This document shows positions 13,801 to 25,830 of a DNA stretch of 53,026 nt, piece by piece (within the stretch, counting starts at the first letter, position 1; the number at the start of each line of letters is the position of its first letter). The stretch is from the NCBI GenBank assembly GCA_013115125.1, contig JABANN010000208.1, positions 1-53,026 on the forward strand, given 5' to 3'. Under the pieces are notes generated by a model, which searched no databases, had not been told where the DNA came from, and saw only the letters and a program-made list of their open reading frames with translations. The DNA comes from Perkinsus olseni (taxonomy: Eukaryota). A program made the translations under genes and the position numbers.

Positions 13801-16800
13801 TGCGGTGGTTTTCTTCCCTCTGCGATTTTGTCGTGATAAAACGATCTGTATTTCACAATGTGAAGTGCAGTCTCTCCTGATGTGAGCCTGATTCTGATGT
13901 CTATAAGTTACCGTCCGTGGGAGGGCTGATAAGATTTTTTTCGTACTGGTGTCGAAGTGGTACGAAATAGAGGAAAAATTCGGGCGAGTATATTCACGTC
14001 CAGAGGCCTGATTAAGGCACGTCGATTCCGAATGTGTCCTCGTGTCTGTCTGGATCCTTCCCTATTGTACTGTGCTCACCCACCTGCTTGAGGCTGTCGG
14101 AAGAGGGCGGCGGCCCTCATTGAAGTGGTGGTGCTTAGGATAAGTCCCGAGCGTTAGAGCAGGAGCGAGAGTATATGAAAAGTGTCTGGAAGGAGGTTGA
14201 GGATGATAAGAGAAGGACGGTCGAAGAGGCCGCAGCCAAGAATATTGAGGACAGACGGTATTGCGAAAGATGTCGAGCCTGGGATTTGAACCTGGGTCTT
14301 GTGGTTCTCAGTCGTATGGACGAGTACGCTCTGCAGACTAAGAGGGCTCGTGATGCGGAGAAGGAGAGGGAAAAGCAGCAAGACAGGCAATTTGTGAGTG
14401 CCGCGGTTCGGAGTGTCTTTCCTGTGTTTAGCCTGTTGCACGGCGTGACTTCAAATATAGGTATTCTAAAATCTGGCTGCCCTTGCTTCGGGAAAATCTG
14501 ATAGCTCCCCCGTTCGATGAAGTAGACTCAGGAGCTCAGAATCGATTTTGCAATTGATTCTTACCCGTAGAATGATACTGTCCCAGAATCGATTTTGAGT
14601 TTCGGAATCGGTGTATCGAAGGACCCTCTCATTTTCAGGGTCTTCACAAACATTTCACATTTTTTCATCGCGTCTTTTTCACCCCTATGGGAGTTTTACC
14701 CATAATACGCGAGTTCCCTATCGCGAATCACGCGAATCAGTTGTGCCGCATCTTGAACGTGAAGAGCGCCTCTTGCGGTTGATGCGTTTCCCAACTGCCA
14801 AATTTTGAACGATTCGAAATGAGGTCTTCTCATATCGCGGGTGAAACTTCATTGTCGTTGATACGAGGACGGATGGAATTCGAGACCGAGGCCGTTTCAG
14901 TTGTATACTTTTCTAAGTTGTGATGGCAGATTCTGAACGTACTCGCAAGTGAGAAGAAACTGGCTGAGAAGGAGGCGATGGAGAGGGCGTTGAGGATGAA
15001 GCAAGAGCATGAGGTAAGGTGGGTGTAGGTTGTGTTAGCGCAGTGCCATTGCGCTGAGTATTATCCCTGGGAGGCCATGATAGTGGGCAATGGCAAATTT
15101 TGCCTTCTTCGTCTCTCCACTACTCTCTGCTTGCGATGTGTTGCTCAGTTTAATGAAGCCCTGAAGGCGGAGATGGCGTTGCGGGCTAAGAGTGGTGAGG
15201 AGCTGGCGAGACTGGAGGATGAGGAGGCTGAACGACAGTGGCAAAAGAGGTCGGTGAAGCGCTCTCTAGGGTGAAGGGTTCTCTCGAGAAACTCGGGTGA
15301 GGACTGATCGACGTATGCTCCAGTCAATTGGTGGTATCTTTAGCCCCCTTTGTAAGTTGCGGAGCGAGCGAAGCATAACACGGTCACTTCGTTTTTGTGC
15401 GTTCCTTCGTTCAGATTATTTCTCATAGACTTTGGTGACTGAACTCGCGAGACACATACCGTTGGAAAGCCCGTGGTCTGCGTCTTCTACGAAAAACACG
15501 AAATCGCTTCCATTCTGATTTTGTCAGAGGCAATTGTAGTGCGTCATGGTAGACGTTGCAGAAAAATGCGGAAAAAGCCCGTGCCGGGATTGGAACCTGC
15601 GTTCGTCGAGGTTCCCTTTTTCGTCACTGAGGTCTAGTTTATCATGGGCCTTCTAGGTTCGCACAGTGGGAGGCTGAGAGAGAGGCGAGGTTGGAGCTCT
15701 TGAAAGAGGTCTATGAGGACAGGGAGAAGCAGGTGGAGCTGCATGATAGACTGAGGCAAAGGAGGAAGGAAGAGGTGAGCGTGTGTTCCATACCACAACT
15801 TGCCCGAATCATGGTATGTTGTAAGGTGGAGGGTGAGCGTCGGCAGATCGATGCTGATGTTGAGGAGTTCTACAAGCTTGCGGAGGAAAGAAAAGTTTTC
15901 GAGGAAGTAAGTTCTTCACCGGGTCAACCTGGAGTACGTTTCCGGATCAAATGGGTGGGAGGGGCCTTATGGCGACATCGACTGATGGGTAGACGTCGGG
16001 AAAGAGCACAGAGCGTTTGGAAGTAAAACGATGATGGGACTCATGGGGTGTGTTCAACAGACTGCTGTCTCCCCTAAAGCCCAGGAGGGCTCTCGGGATT
16101 GGATTCAACTCGTGAGAGAAGATCCTGCGAGCGCTCCTCTTGATGCTAGGGAGAGGCCGTCCATTGGACACTCGGATTGTTTGTTGGTCCCCCTACAGGA
16201 TGATGGGATGGAAAAAAAGATTTTAACTGGTCCCGGTCGTCCGGACCAGCTGTCTGATGTCAGATCTCTTCCGAGGGACGGACTAAGGTTCCGAAAAATT
16301 TCCTTCCTACACTTTTCGTCGGAGAGCAGTAGTGTCATAATACGAGAGTTTGTGGCTGTGAGAACTGACGGGGGGATGGGAACACCGCGAGAAGGATGAG
16401 AATTGCGATTAGCTGCAGTTAAGCTGAAGACACAAAATTTTGAGAATTCGTGACGGAATTTGATAGAATTCGAGTACTGCAGGGTGGTAGTGCTGTCGTG
16501 TCTCAGCGTGCAAGGAAGGAGCATGCCCAGACGTTGGCTAGGCAGATGCAGGAGGCTAGAGAGAAGGAGGTGGGGGAGGGTCTGGTTGGTGATTTGGGGA
16601 AGGTGTGGCATGGTAGGCGGAGGCTCAGAGAGAGATCGAGCGAGAGCTGGAAGAGCAGCGACGTCGTGATGAGGAGCTGGCTGCGGCCATCGCGGTGGAG
16701 AAGGAACGCCAGAAGGGCATCGAGAGGGAGATATTCAGGCATAGACAGCTGCGACGACAGGAGGCAAGCTCTAACAGAAGTAGGAAAAAGTATCGTGTGT

Positions 16801-16880
16801 GGGATTCGAACCCGAGACCACCGTGTTGGTGGATGTGCTCCTTGCAGATTCGAGCTGAGGTCGAACTCTCTTGTCCATGA
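10840..16880 (+). CDS. CFAP53: Cilia- and flagella-associated protein 53 (CCDC11)-like coiled-coil protein, about 16 exons, about 500 aa
   Basis: Phase-compatible exons: MPRMRPDHLIVQRQKQERL|YEERVS..KLAEWENKGGQ|LYRKQRVNACIADLRKRRQ..RRAKLSELLKREE|..ETSEQQNEKLRERALKLKAEREEER..|YQRWRASLDELRQAD..|..EEAERQWQKR|FAQWEAEREARLELLKEVYEDREKQV. This matches the CFAP53 pattern as I recall it. The 3' end is less certain. Confidence 0.8.
16048..16173. mobile_element. MITE-like element, copy A (CFAP53 intron)
   Basis: Left end GTGTTCAACAGACTGCTGTCTCCCCT and imperfect inverted right end AGGGAGAGGCCGTCCATTGGACAC. Similar to 28479-28610 and 29565-29677. Confidence 0.7.
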
Positions 16881-18688
16881 TTATGATATTAATTCACAAG
16901 TATGATACGATTTGCGTTCAGTGGATAAAATGATCTATCTGTCGGCGGAGGGAAGCTGGGAATACATCTCGGCATTCCTCAGTGATGAGTATTCTGCTTC
17001 TCGTGGCTTCTTAGCCACTCTTACTGGAAGGCATCCCTCAGCCCCTTGATAGTTCGGACCTTGTTGGAGCCTCCAACTTGGAGGGTTCCCACGACCGAAG
17101 GTCATCGATCGGTCCAAGGGTCGGTCGGTTTGCCTGGCGGCATTCCGAGGACCGTATCCTGGGCTCATACTTTCTCCGAGTCAGTTCAGGAAACGGGCGA
17201 GGAGTGGTATTGAATTTGGTCCGTTGAGCGCTCTGATTGGGCTGGGTCATGCCATTGTCGTCGGTGTTGAGGAATAGCTCAAGAGAGCAAGATAATGGCC
17301 GGAGTACTGCCGGAGTTATTTGATATCTTCATCCTCTGTGACCGGCATGCATCAACCTAAGATGCGTGTGTTCTTTATGACTCTCGCTCGCCGGCCATCA
17401 TGCAGAATGCGAGAAAGAGTGAGAAATCGTGCGATAAAAATTTCCAGGCCCAACTCTTGGCGTTCATCCTATCGAACTGGCATATTGTCGTTGTTCCCGA
17501 ACTCTCTTTTGGTGCGGCTAATCTCCGAGCTCAGGCGAGCTCCATATTTCCTCTTCATAAATGCGCGAGTTGAGGATAGGCCTGCTGGTCGTCGTGCTGT
17601 GGCAGGCGGAAGCTGGCGTTGATCTTCTGGTGAGCTGGTGCCCAGCGGAAGCTTTACGGTGCTATTTATCCGCATTGTGCTGATGATTTCTCGTTAGGAT
17701 GGAACGAGGCCTCGACTGCGACCGGAACGAAGGTGCGTTATGATGGCTGATGATCTGGAGGGAAAAGTGGAGTACCGACGCTCCGTTAAAAACGCGGGAA
17801 AAATCAAATCTTTTCCGGTAGATGAGGGGGACGACGAAATGGGTCGGCATTTTTTGTCGTCAGCATAGAGCGACAGTGGCTGCCAAATACGATCCGGAGA
17901 CCGAAAATCACTTTGTGGACTATGCTTCGCTCCGCCTGACGTGAGTGGGCTCGGAGGTTTTCTGCTCCTCGCACGGATGAAGAAAGATTCGTCTCAGATA
18001 GGATGAGGGTTTGAATTTTTTCCACTGTAGTTTTGTTTTTGCGCTGTCGATTACGGTGGAATTGGTCGTCGATCGGAGTCGAATGTCATAGTCGTGATAC
18101 ACTTCGGTCGAAGCACGTGTGAAGAGCATCTTTCGAGCATCTGGGCAGCGACAAACTCGGAAGCTCTACAAATTTGGGGTCTTACGGGTCCGGTATCGCG
18201 TTGATTTTCACAGATTCAATGATGGACAACTTTTTCCCACCGGACTTGACCGTCTTTTACACGTCAAATTTGAAACGGGTCCATTGAAGAGCTCCACAGT
18301 TTTCTGTGTACAAAATTTCAGTAAAATTTAGTTGAAAGTTTATATTTTCGAAATTTCGATCCCAGAGTCTGAAGACTGAATGCTTGAGCACCGTTGGAAG
18401 TTAGGAGCCCTTTAGATGACGAGAGAGCCACAAATGCAAGCGAGACATGAATATAAACCTAGCTCGTTGGCCGTATGAAAGCGATCCCCGGAGCGGTCGG
18501 CGGAACGGTTCTGTACCCAATTGCACGCCCAAGAATCAACTCCCGGGCGCACCGCTATTATACGCTACGCGCAACATGTTGCCCTACGCAGTAGATCGCA
18601 TCCATGCCATGTGTAAAGCCCCAGTCGGATAGGAGGGGGGTTATGAGAGTTGTTTCCTATTTGAGTGTCCTGCACGTCCTCATTCAGA

Positions 18689-19500
18689 GCCGACTGTGTC
18701 TCCGGAACGTGCCAAGTCGTGCGGCACTTTATTCGGCCAGGAGAGCTGGAGTATGAAAGTGAGGGAGGGTTCATACTGGGCAACAGTGGTGGGTGTAAGA
18801 ACAGCATCATCGAGGGTGCGAAGCGCTTGCTTGAGCGAAACCCGCCGGAGGCTCGCCAGAAGGTCCAGGCTGATCTGGAGGAAAAACCGGAAGTTCTTTC
18901 GCCGCTGATCATCGCTCATTACGCGGAGGAGAGAGTGGCGAAGGAGGAAGGGGCGTCGGATTCGCAGCTGCACAGAGTGTGTCCAGCGGAGGACGAGGTG
19001 AGTTTAATGGGGGTAATATTCCGTTTACGGACGAATTTACTCGACGTTTTAAGGGACGTTTGAGTGCTGGAAGTTCTGTCGTGTGGAGTAAGCAGCATAA
19101 CCAAGCGTTTCTGGACGGCATATCATTTATGGACACCCAATCGAGCACCCCTGCAAAGTGAGTGAAGAAAGGATTCCCTCATGTGTCGGTGATGATACCG
19201 TCGCTATTGGATCAGGATTGCCCTCTCCCCTGAGGGGCTCGATCTTGTGAGGTCAGCGTGGAGGAAGAAGAGTTACGGACCGTAACTTACGGTCGGCACC
19301 GAAAGTTCGCGCAAGATGACGGGGGCATGGTGATGGACGTGGGCAAAGAGCTGTTGGCTAACGTGAAGGTTAGAATGGAGGCTTCACAAAAGGACTGGGA
19401 TCTCGTCGATGAGGACACCCAAGAGCCATTCTCACCCGAAGCGCTGATCATAGCGGTCGCGGCGGGCTGGAGCGAAGAGCTGCGGCTTTATCTTCCCTAG
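18689..19500 (+). pseudogene. Hypothetical protein gene or pseudogene, structure unresolved
   Basis: Two coding-like blocks (..SIIEGAKRLLERNPPEARQKVQADLEEKPEVLSPLIIAHY.. and EEEELRTVTYGRHRKF..WSEELRLYLP) with intervening stops. They can be joined only through a weak GAG acceptor at 19251 or by accepting disruptions. Confidence 0.4.
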
Positions 19501-20500
19501 GGACCTTACCGCGGTCGTAGTGTCATGTCTTTGAAAACTGTTGTAGGGCGGTTGTTGGATGTAGTATGATTGGTTTGAGTTCATAGTAGGGGAAGATAAA
19601 TTTACGGCGCTGTCGTCTCCGGGGAGCGTTCTTAGTGGTATCGCTGGAAGAGTTCAGCTTGCTGGGCTCACACGCTCATGTATATATTCTATCTGATTCC
19701 AGCTGAATGATTCTGAGCGGTTGTAACGGCGGGGTTGAGTTTCTTGGTTGCCCAGCCCAGTAGAGGGTGATAAATTCACTCCCGGAAGCTGTTTTGGTGG
19801 TGGAACCTGGAGGTTTCAGTCTGGTGAGATGGCCCATACTTCATCGAAATGTTTATCCAACGCGAGGTTCCTCCCAGTTGCGGGCGATTGTGATGCTCTG
19901 AGCCGTCAGACGGCATCAAGCTTGTACGAAGCATGCGACATGGCACTGAGGCTAGCATGAACGAAATTGGAGATCTCCTGTGGCTTTGGACATGCAAATT
20001 TGTCGGTCTTCTCCTCGCCATTGAGATTCACGGTGTTACTATTGTGTTGAGTTCGAGTGATATCATCCGTGTGGGGTAGAGGCAAGTTCTTCTTCGACTG
20101 TGCACCTTCTCGCTAGAAAGATTCCCAAAACTTGATCTGCGGAAAATTTGGTACGCACTGCGAGCTTTCGTATTCTCCAGGGGATCCTGCGTCCGACGGT
20201 AGGCACGGATTTTGTTACAAATTAGGAAAAAGGGACATTCGTCTGGATCACCTGGTTACCGTCAGGTGTATACTCATTACAACTTGCAGCTGTAAAAATT
20301 CTGCATAATATTATCGTGTAGGACTTTAACGAAAATGCAAAAATTTACCAGAAAATTTTACGTTTCCCGCACGGTCGTTCCACACTACTGAAGTCTGCTT
20401 ATAGCTCAAGAGAGAAAACTCTAGTAGACCGGCGTGCCGATTCTGGTGAGAACAGATTGCATGCGTACAGGTTTTCTGGGTGGATCTGAGTGAGCATAAA

Positions 20501-23500
20501 ATGAATCCTCAAATCCAGCACGAGATTACGGCCCCGGTTCGAATCCCAGGGACGCCATTTGAAGTATCGGCCTTCACGAATATAGGAGGCCGCCGGACTC
20601 AGGAGGACCGCTTTACGATATGCCCGAGTTTGGGAACGATAGGGGCCTCTGGTTTTGCCTTATTTGACGGCACGGCAGGTATGAAGGGTGCGGGGATCGA
20701 ACCCGGGGTTGTGGGGTTGTGATCCGGCGGCGCTACTCGCTGCGTTGGTCAGGAGGTTAGGTCGGGAGTTGGGTTTTTCAGGTGACTTCGCGGCGGAGAA
20801 TGCAAAACGGCTCGTGTTTGGCTACTTAGTGCGCACGGCCGGTTGGAACGAGTTCGAGGCTCTTCAGAAGAACACCAAGGATCCTCGGGGCAGGGCGAAG
20901 TGGATGAAAGAGAAGGCCTGTTTGGATTCAGCGATGAACGATATGTACTGCCGAAGGGCGCAGGTTCGATCCCGGGCGAAGACGTTTTATGCGCTTGTAT
21001 TAGTGTGGTTTAATAGGGGATCTCATCGCGTCCTCTCGTCGCGTCGGATCAGGTTCGTGAGGTCGGACGTTGAGCTGATGCATTTGTGTGGAGCTGAAGG
21101 GATCCACTACGCGGCCAGTACTGGGGTATGCGCTGTCGTCACTCGAGAGCACCTGGCCGTTGGTCATTTGGTAGTAGGGGTTTGCCGTCATTCGCGAGGT
21201 CGCGGGTTCGATACCCTATTATGCCCTCCTGGGACCCGGTGATGCGTCGATGACTTTTTGTATGAAATTCCCTGCTTCAATGTTCTATCTGATCGATAGC
21301 AAGGTTTGGCCATGAGGATACCGTTGATTTGGCCAGGGCTTACCAGTGACCGCCTCGTAACCGTTTTCGCATCTTAGTGTTCGGCATAATGGCACGCGAT
21401 CCGTGTGCCGCGACGCAATCTGAGCCGATGGTAGTCGGCGGCGGGTCTGACCAAGTGTTGTTAGTGTTTCGCGACTGAATCGCTGAGCGATCTTCTGATT
21501 TGTATTTTCCTGTTTTAATACGATTCATAAAATTTTGGTCGTCAGTGGAACGGGGCGCAGGAGCCTGTCATCATTCGCCGAAGGAAGGCAACGGGTCGCA
21601 CGGTATTTTCGTCTATGAATCCTCACGATGCGTATCCTCGACGCAACCACTAGCTCCCGCTGAGAAAATCCGGGTGCATTTGGTAGCAGCTGGGCGAAGC
21701 TCCTCATCTTCTTTTCAGGGTGACAGCCGGATCTGCCTCCTGACCCAGGACTGCGGGCTGGTCGACCAAAGCAGGATGTCGACGAGTAACATCTCAGGGG
21801 AGTTCCTAACCATCGACCATAAACCCGATCAATGTAATAATAATGGTGCTCACCATTACGGACTTGTGATCGTAATGTGTGCTTCTATGAAGTCTTCCGT
21901 GTCTGCTGAATGTAGTGACCGATAACAGGGCACTTGAGTAGAGACGGCTGAGGAATCTTATTACTTGAGAGGGGGGGGGATGATACGAGAAGTGCAGGAT
22001 GCGTAAACATTAGGATTTGCTGAGTTTGTGGTACGCAAGCACGCTGAATTATTATGCGTACTCAACGGCAAGTTCATTGCTCTAGTAAATACGTCGCAAT
22101 CCGTATGGTGGTCTGCATACCACACTTTTCTGAAATCATGCCAGTTTTTGTTGCATTTCGTCCGTCGTAGCTCGGCCTGTGGTCTATGCGTACAGGCTAC
22201 ATCACCCAGCACTGCTGCTGCTTCTCAATGGGCTTCTCACATCACCCCAATGTTGCTCATCTTCGTCGCCTTGCCCCATCCCCTTCTGCGTTATCTCCGC
22301 TCTGAGAGATCCTTCGAAATCTGGTGATTCTCGAAAAAGCCTCATGATCTCATCTTAAAAATTACCGTGGAAATTAACACCGTACTTGAGATATCATTTC
22401 ACGGGATCCTCGACGCGAGTACGCTGTGCGCTTTCTCTTCAGTACCCGAGCGGAGACGTATCGAGCGCTGTGGAGGGTCTGTCGAGTAGGCGGGAGATGT
22501 AGGCGGGAGATGTCTCCTTTAAGACGTGTAACCAATAGGTACCTGCATAATCACAACAACAAGCCTTTCATAAGAGGAGGGGACTTCGCCGTCCGTAAGG
22601 CCATGCAGGAGCAACCCATGCAGCTGCAGTACAGCCGGGCATTTGGGGTGATAGTGAGGGGAGGAGTTGGGCTTGAGATGGTACTGGGCTGATACAGTAG
22701 GACGGTATTTTTGTAACGGTTGAGGACTTATGATGCCACGTTGTGTGTGGGGAAGCTTCATTCTTCGCGGAATCCCGTGGAGGGTACGTTCGGAGAACTG
22801 CAAAGCTCGATGGGGATATCATTCACGAGACTCTCGGATTTTTGTATTAGTCTATGATCGACCTAAGATATCCAGTTTATCTATTGGTACTCGCTGAATG
22901 ATATGAGAATAGGTTGTTTCATAGTGTGTGGGCGCTGAGGAACGAACCCGCGTCCTCACAGATTCACAGTTAGTCGGGTGCTCTCCCTCTATACCATGTG
23001 TCCTTATGCTATTGTTATGTAGGGCAAGGATCTGAAGATGTACGGCCTGTCCAATGTCCCTGATGTAACCGTTCTTCCGTTTGAAAGCAACTTCCGAGCC
23101 ATCATTCTGGTAAGGGCCTCCCGTCACTCGGCCAATCACAGTCGGGCCCTCTCAGGCGTCCGATGGTCTGTGGGATGTGTACTCGGCACAGGAGGCAGCT
23201 GTCATAGCGCAGGCGGCGAGAGCTGCAGGTACTCAATCGGTCCCCAGGGGTGGCGATTTTTTTTGCAGAAACCTATTCATCCCATCTGTTCTTACTCCTG
23301 CAGGATGGTTCTTTTTTTGCAGTGTATCTGCGATGATCGCTGAGTCGCTTCCACGCGTAGCTCCACCACATGATTTCAAAATCTCTCATTCACTACCACG
23401 GCCCGCATCTCCAGCGTTCGACAGTCGAGGGCATTTGCCATGCTCAGGTGAAAGCCCGGCGAAGGCCCTCGTAAAAGCTGCTATAATAGAGCAGGACAAT

Positions 23501-23563
23501 CGTCGAGTCAGCAGCGACAACGTAACGGTTATATGTGTTTACTTCCTGGACGACCAGACATAA
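20501..23563 (+). CDS. Protein phosphatase 2C (PPM family), similar to Toxoplasma PP2C, about 9 exons
   Basis: Motifs IGGRRTQEDRF, FDGTAGDFAAE, ASTGVCAV, VGHLGDSR, LTIDHKPD, YLHNHNNKPFIRGGDF, MQLQYSRAFGGKDLKMYGLSNVPDV, ASDGLWDV and SSDNVTV. Stop TAA ends at 23563. Confidence 0.95.
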
Positions 23564-23773
23564 CTCGCACCACCGGGGGGACTCAATTTTGTTAATGCTC
23601 TGCAGGACGCGTGTTCCCTGGAGGTTCATTGTGGGGCTGCCGTTCTCTTGTACGATTTTTCATAGCGTCTGATAGCGCTTAATGTGGGTGTTTCGTTGAG
23701 CTCAATTGCCCGTCCGGTAGGCCGGTAGTCGGCGTCCCGAGCCACGTATCATTGGAGGTTTTGGCTTACCGTT

Positions 23774-25288
23774 ATGGCGTCCTCCCGGCTGCCGGTGTCA
23801 CTGAATGGGGAGACAGTGCTCCGGTGCAGCTCAGACTTATCGCGGGTCAAGAGCCTGGCTGGGGCGCTGTTTAGCTGCTACAAGGCGAAAAACGTGACCA
23901 GAAGACGGGTTGAGGCGGTCGGTACTTTGGCGCATTGGAACGCATGCAAGGTGATCTACAGGGAAAGTACTGCTCTCATCTGGTTGAACAAGGTCCTATC
24001 GGGATTTGAACCCGAGTCGCTGGATTCAAAGTCCAGAGTGCTAACCACTACACTATAGGACCATGAAAATTACAGAAGTGGAGCAGGGGTCTCCGCGGCT
24101 TTAGTTCTTAGCTTCTGTTCTTGGCTCGCTCTCCTGTTGCTCCTTCTGTATTCGAGCATTCCCTGTTCTACGCACGAGCCGTACTGCACGTGCATTTTGA
24201 GAGCGTCGGGGTTGGGTCGCGTCTCTTATTCACCCACCTCAGGCAATTGGCCTGTGCAATAAATTCCTTCTCGAGCGCTTTCAAGATAAACAGGGAGAAG
24301 AGGCATTCCCGAGGACTGCTCTCGCCTTCACTCCCCTTACGGTCGATGAGGTAGGCTCGTCGTGTTGAGCGGTACTTCTTTGCTCGTCTCCCCAGATGAC
24401 TGATGCAGAGACCGCGCCCAGTGATGTGAATCCGGTGGAGCTACGGCAGCGTACTTACCAGTTCGAGTTGTATGACGTTGCCAAGCTGTACTGCATGGAG
24501 GATGCCGCTATTAGGCAGGTAATCACACGTTCTTTCAAAGCTCATAGAGGTTAGCACGTTTGGCAATTCTATGGTACCCAGAGGCGACAAGAATTTGACT
24601 ACTTGCATAATTGCAATCGTGAAGCGTCTGTTAATTCTGCTGTTCTTGCCGGAGGTCAAATGCTTGAAGTTGATCGTTGGACAACAGGCACTATGGGTTG
24701 CACCAGATGACGATGTTCTCTATATATCGGGGAAAACGAAGGTCGACAAGTTCGCAGAGGTACTTCGGTACCGGATCGAAGAGTCTCTCCAGGTGAACTC
24801 CGGGCTGTTATCATTCTGTGCATCATTCTGTCTCTTGACGCCTTTACAATATACTATAGCGATCGTCCTTTTTGTTACTCAGTCTAGCGTCCATTCAGAG
24901 ATCCCTCGCGTTAACAGAGTATCGGTTCCCGATGCTCAGGTTCATACCCACGTTGCTGGAGCTTATCCCATGGATCGGTTCCTAAAAGCTGCGCTTCGAA
25001 TAGAGAAGGACAAGGAAGAAAACAGACTAGCTCAGGAGAGGTGAGGAGACGCTCACGTGTTGTCGGCGTATGTGCAGTAGGGGCGAGCCCGTTACTGTAG
25101 CTTTCCGTGGTAGGAGGAACCGTCGTTTCCGTCGAACGGAGTCCCGCGGAGTGATCGCCTACATGCCCTGTCCCATCCGTGTGAATGCGGATATGGGAAT
25201 CATGCAGTTAGTGGCGATGACACTGCCACTTGATGAGATCATGCGAGGGGAACCTGCTGCTGACCGCACCCCTCCACAGAGGGCTTGA
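23774..25288 (+). CDS. Hypothetical protein, about 5 exons
   Basis: ATG at 23774. Phase-compatible GT-AG exons MASSRLPVSLNG..HWNACK|MTDAETAP..AAIRQ|ALWVAPDDDVLY..EESLQ|SSVHSEIP..LAQER|RNRRFRR..PPQRA. No recognisable domain. Confidence 0.7.
23991..24062 (-). tRNA. tRNA-Gln(TTG)
   Basis: Reverse complement GGTCCTATAGTGTAGTGGTTAGCACTCTGGACTTTGAATCCAGCGACTCGGGTTCAAATCCCGATAGGACCT forms a full cloverleaf with anticodon TTG. Confidence 0.96.
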
Positions 25289-25516
25289 CGTGTCGTTTCC
25301 GCTACAACTAGCCTGTCGTGTCAAGTCATGGTGTTGATGTACGTATCTTCTGCATGCAAAATACTACTTCCAACGAGTTATGACGGGAGAGCGATGCAGT
25401 CAGGGATGTCACTATGATGAATAAGATATACCGAGGGAGATTAAGGGGAACATCAAACTGACTACCAGTATGATTCTTTCGATGTTGCCGGGGGTAAGAA
25501 ATTACTGAAGTAAAAT

Positions 25517-25589
25517 TGGAGAACCCGGGCATCGATCCCGGTGCCTCTCGCTTGCTAAGCGAGCGCTCTACCATTTGAGCTAGTCCCCC
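25517..25589 (-). tRNA. tRNA-Ala(AGC)
   Basis: Reverse complement GGGGGACTAGCTCAAATGGTAGAGCGCTCGCTTAGCAAGCGAGAGGCACCGGGATCGATGCCCGGGTTCTCCA. Anticodon AGC and G3:U70 pair. Confidence 0.96.
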
Positions 25590-25830
25590 ACACGAGATTT
25601 ACGAAGTTTAGCCTGTACGATAGGTGTACGGAATCTGCCCTTCCACACAAAACGTAGGCGGGGACCTCGAGCGAGAATCATTTGCACTCTCCCTCCCTGC
25701 CTTGACGACGTTCATGAATGGAGCCTGACTCAACTTCACAACGCGAAACAAGCAGTAGCCGAAGAAACGTTAGGAAAGGTGGCAGTGGAGGTCCGTAGTG
25801 AACATAGAAATTGTACAGACTCCTCATCGA

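Noticed and set aside
16935-17700. Retrotransposon integrase remnant on the - strand
   Set aside because: Only vague fragments with many stops. No identifiable catalytic motif.
20533-20558. tRNA-like CCCCGGTTCGAATCCCAGGGACGCCA
   Set aside because: It lies in PP2C exon 1 and encodes APVRIPGTP. With no D or anticodon arm it is treated as coincidence. It also shows that some B-box hits arise by chance.
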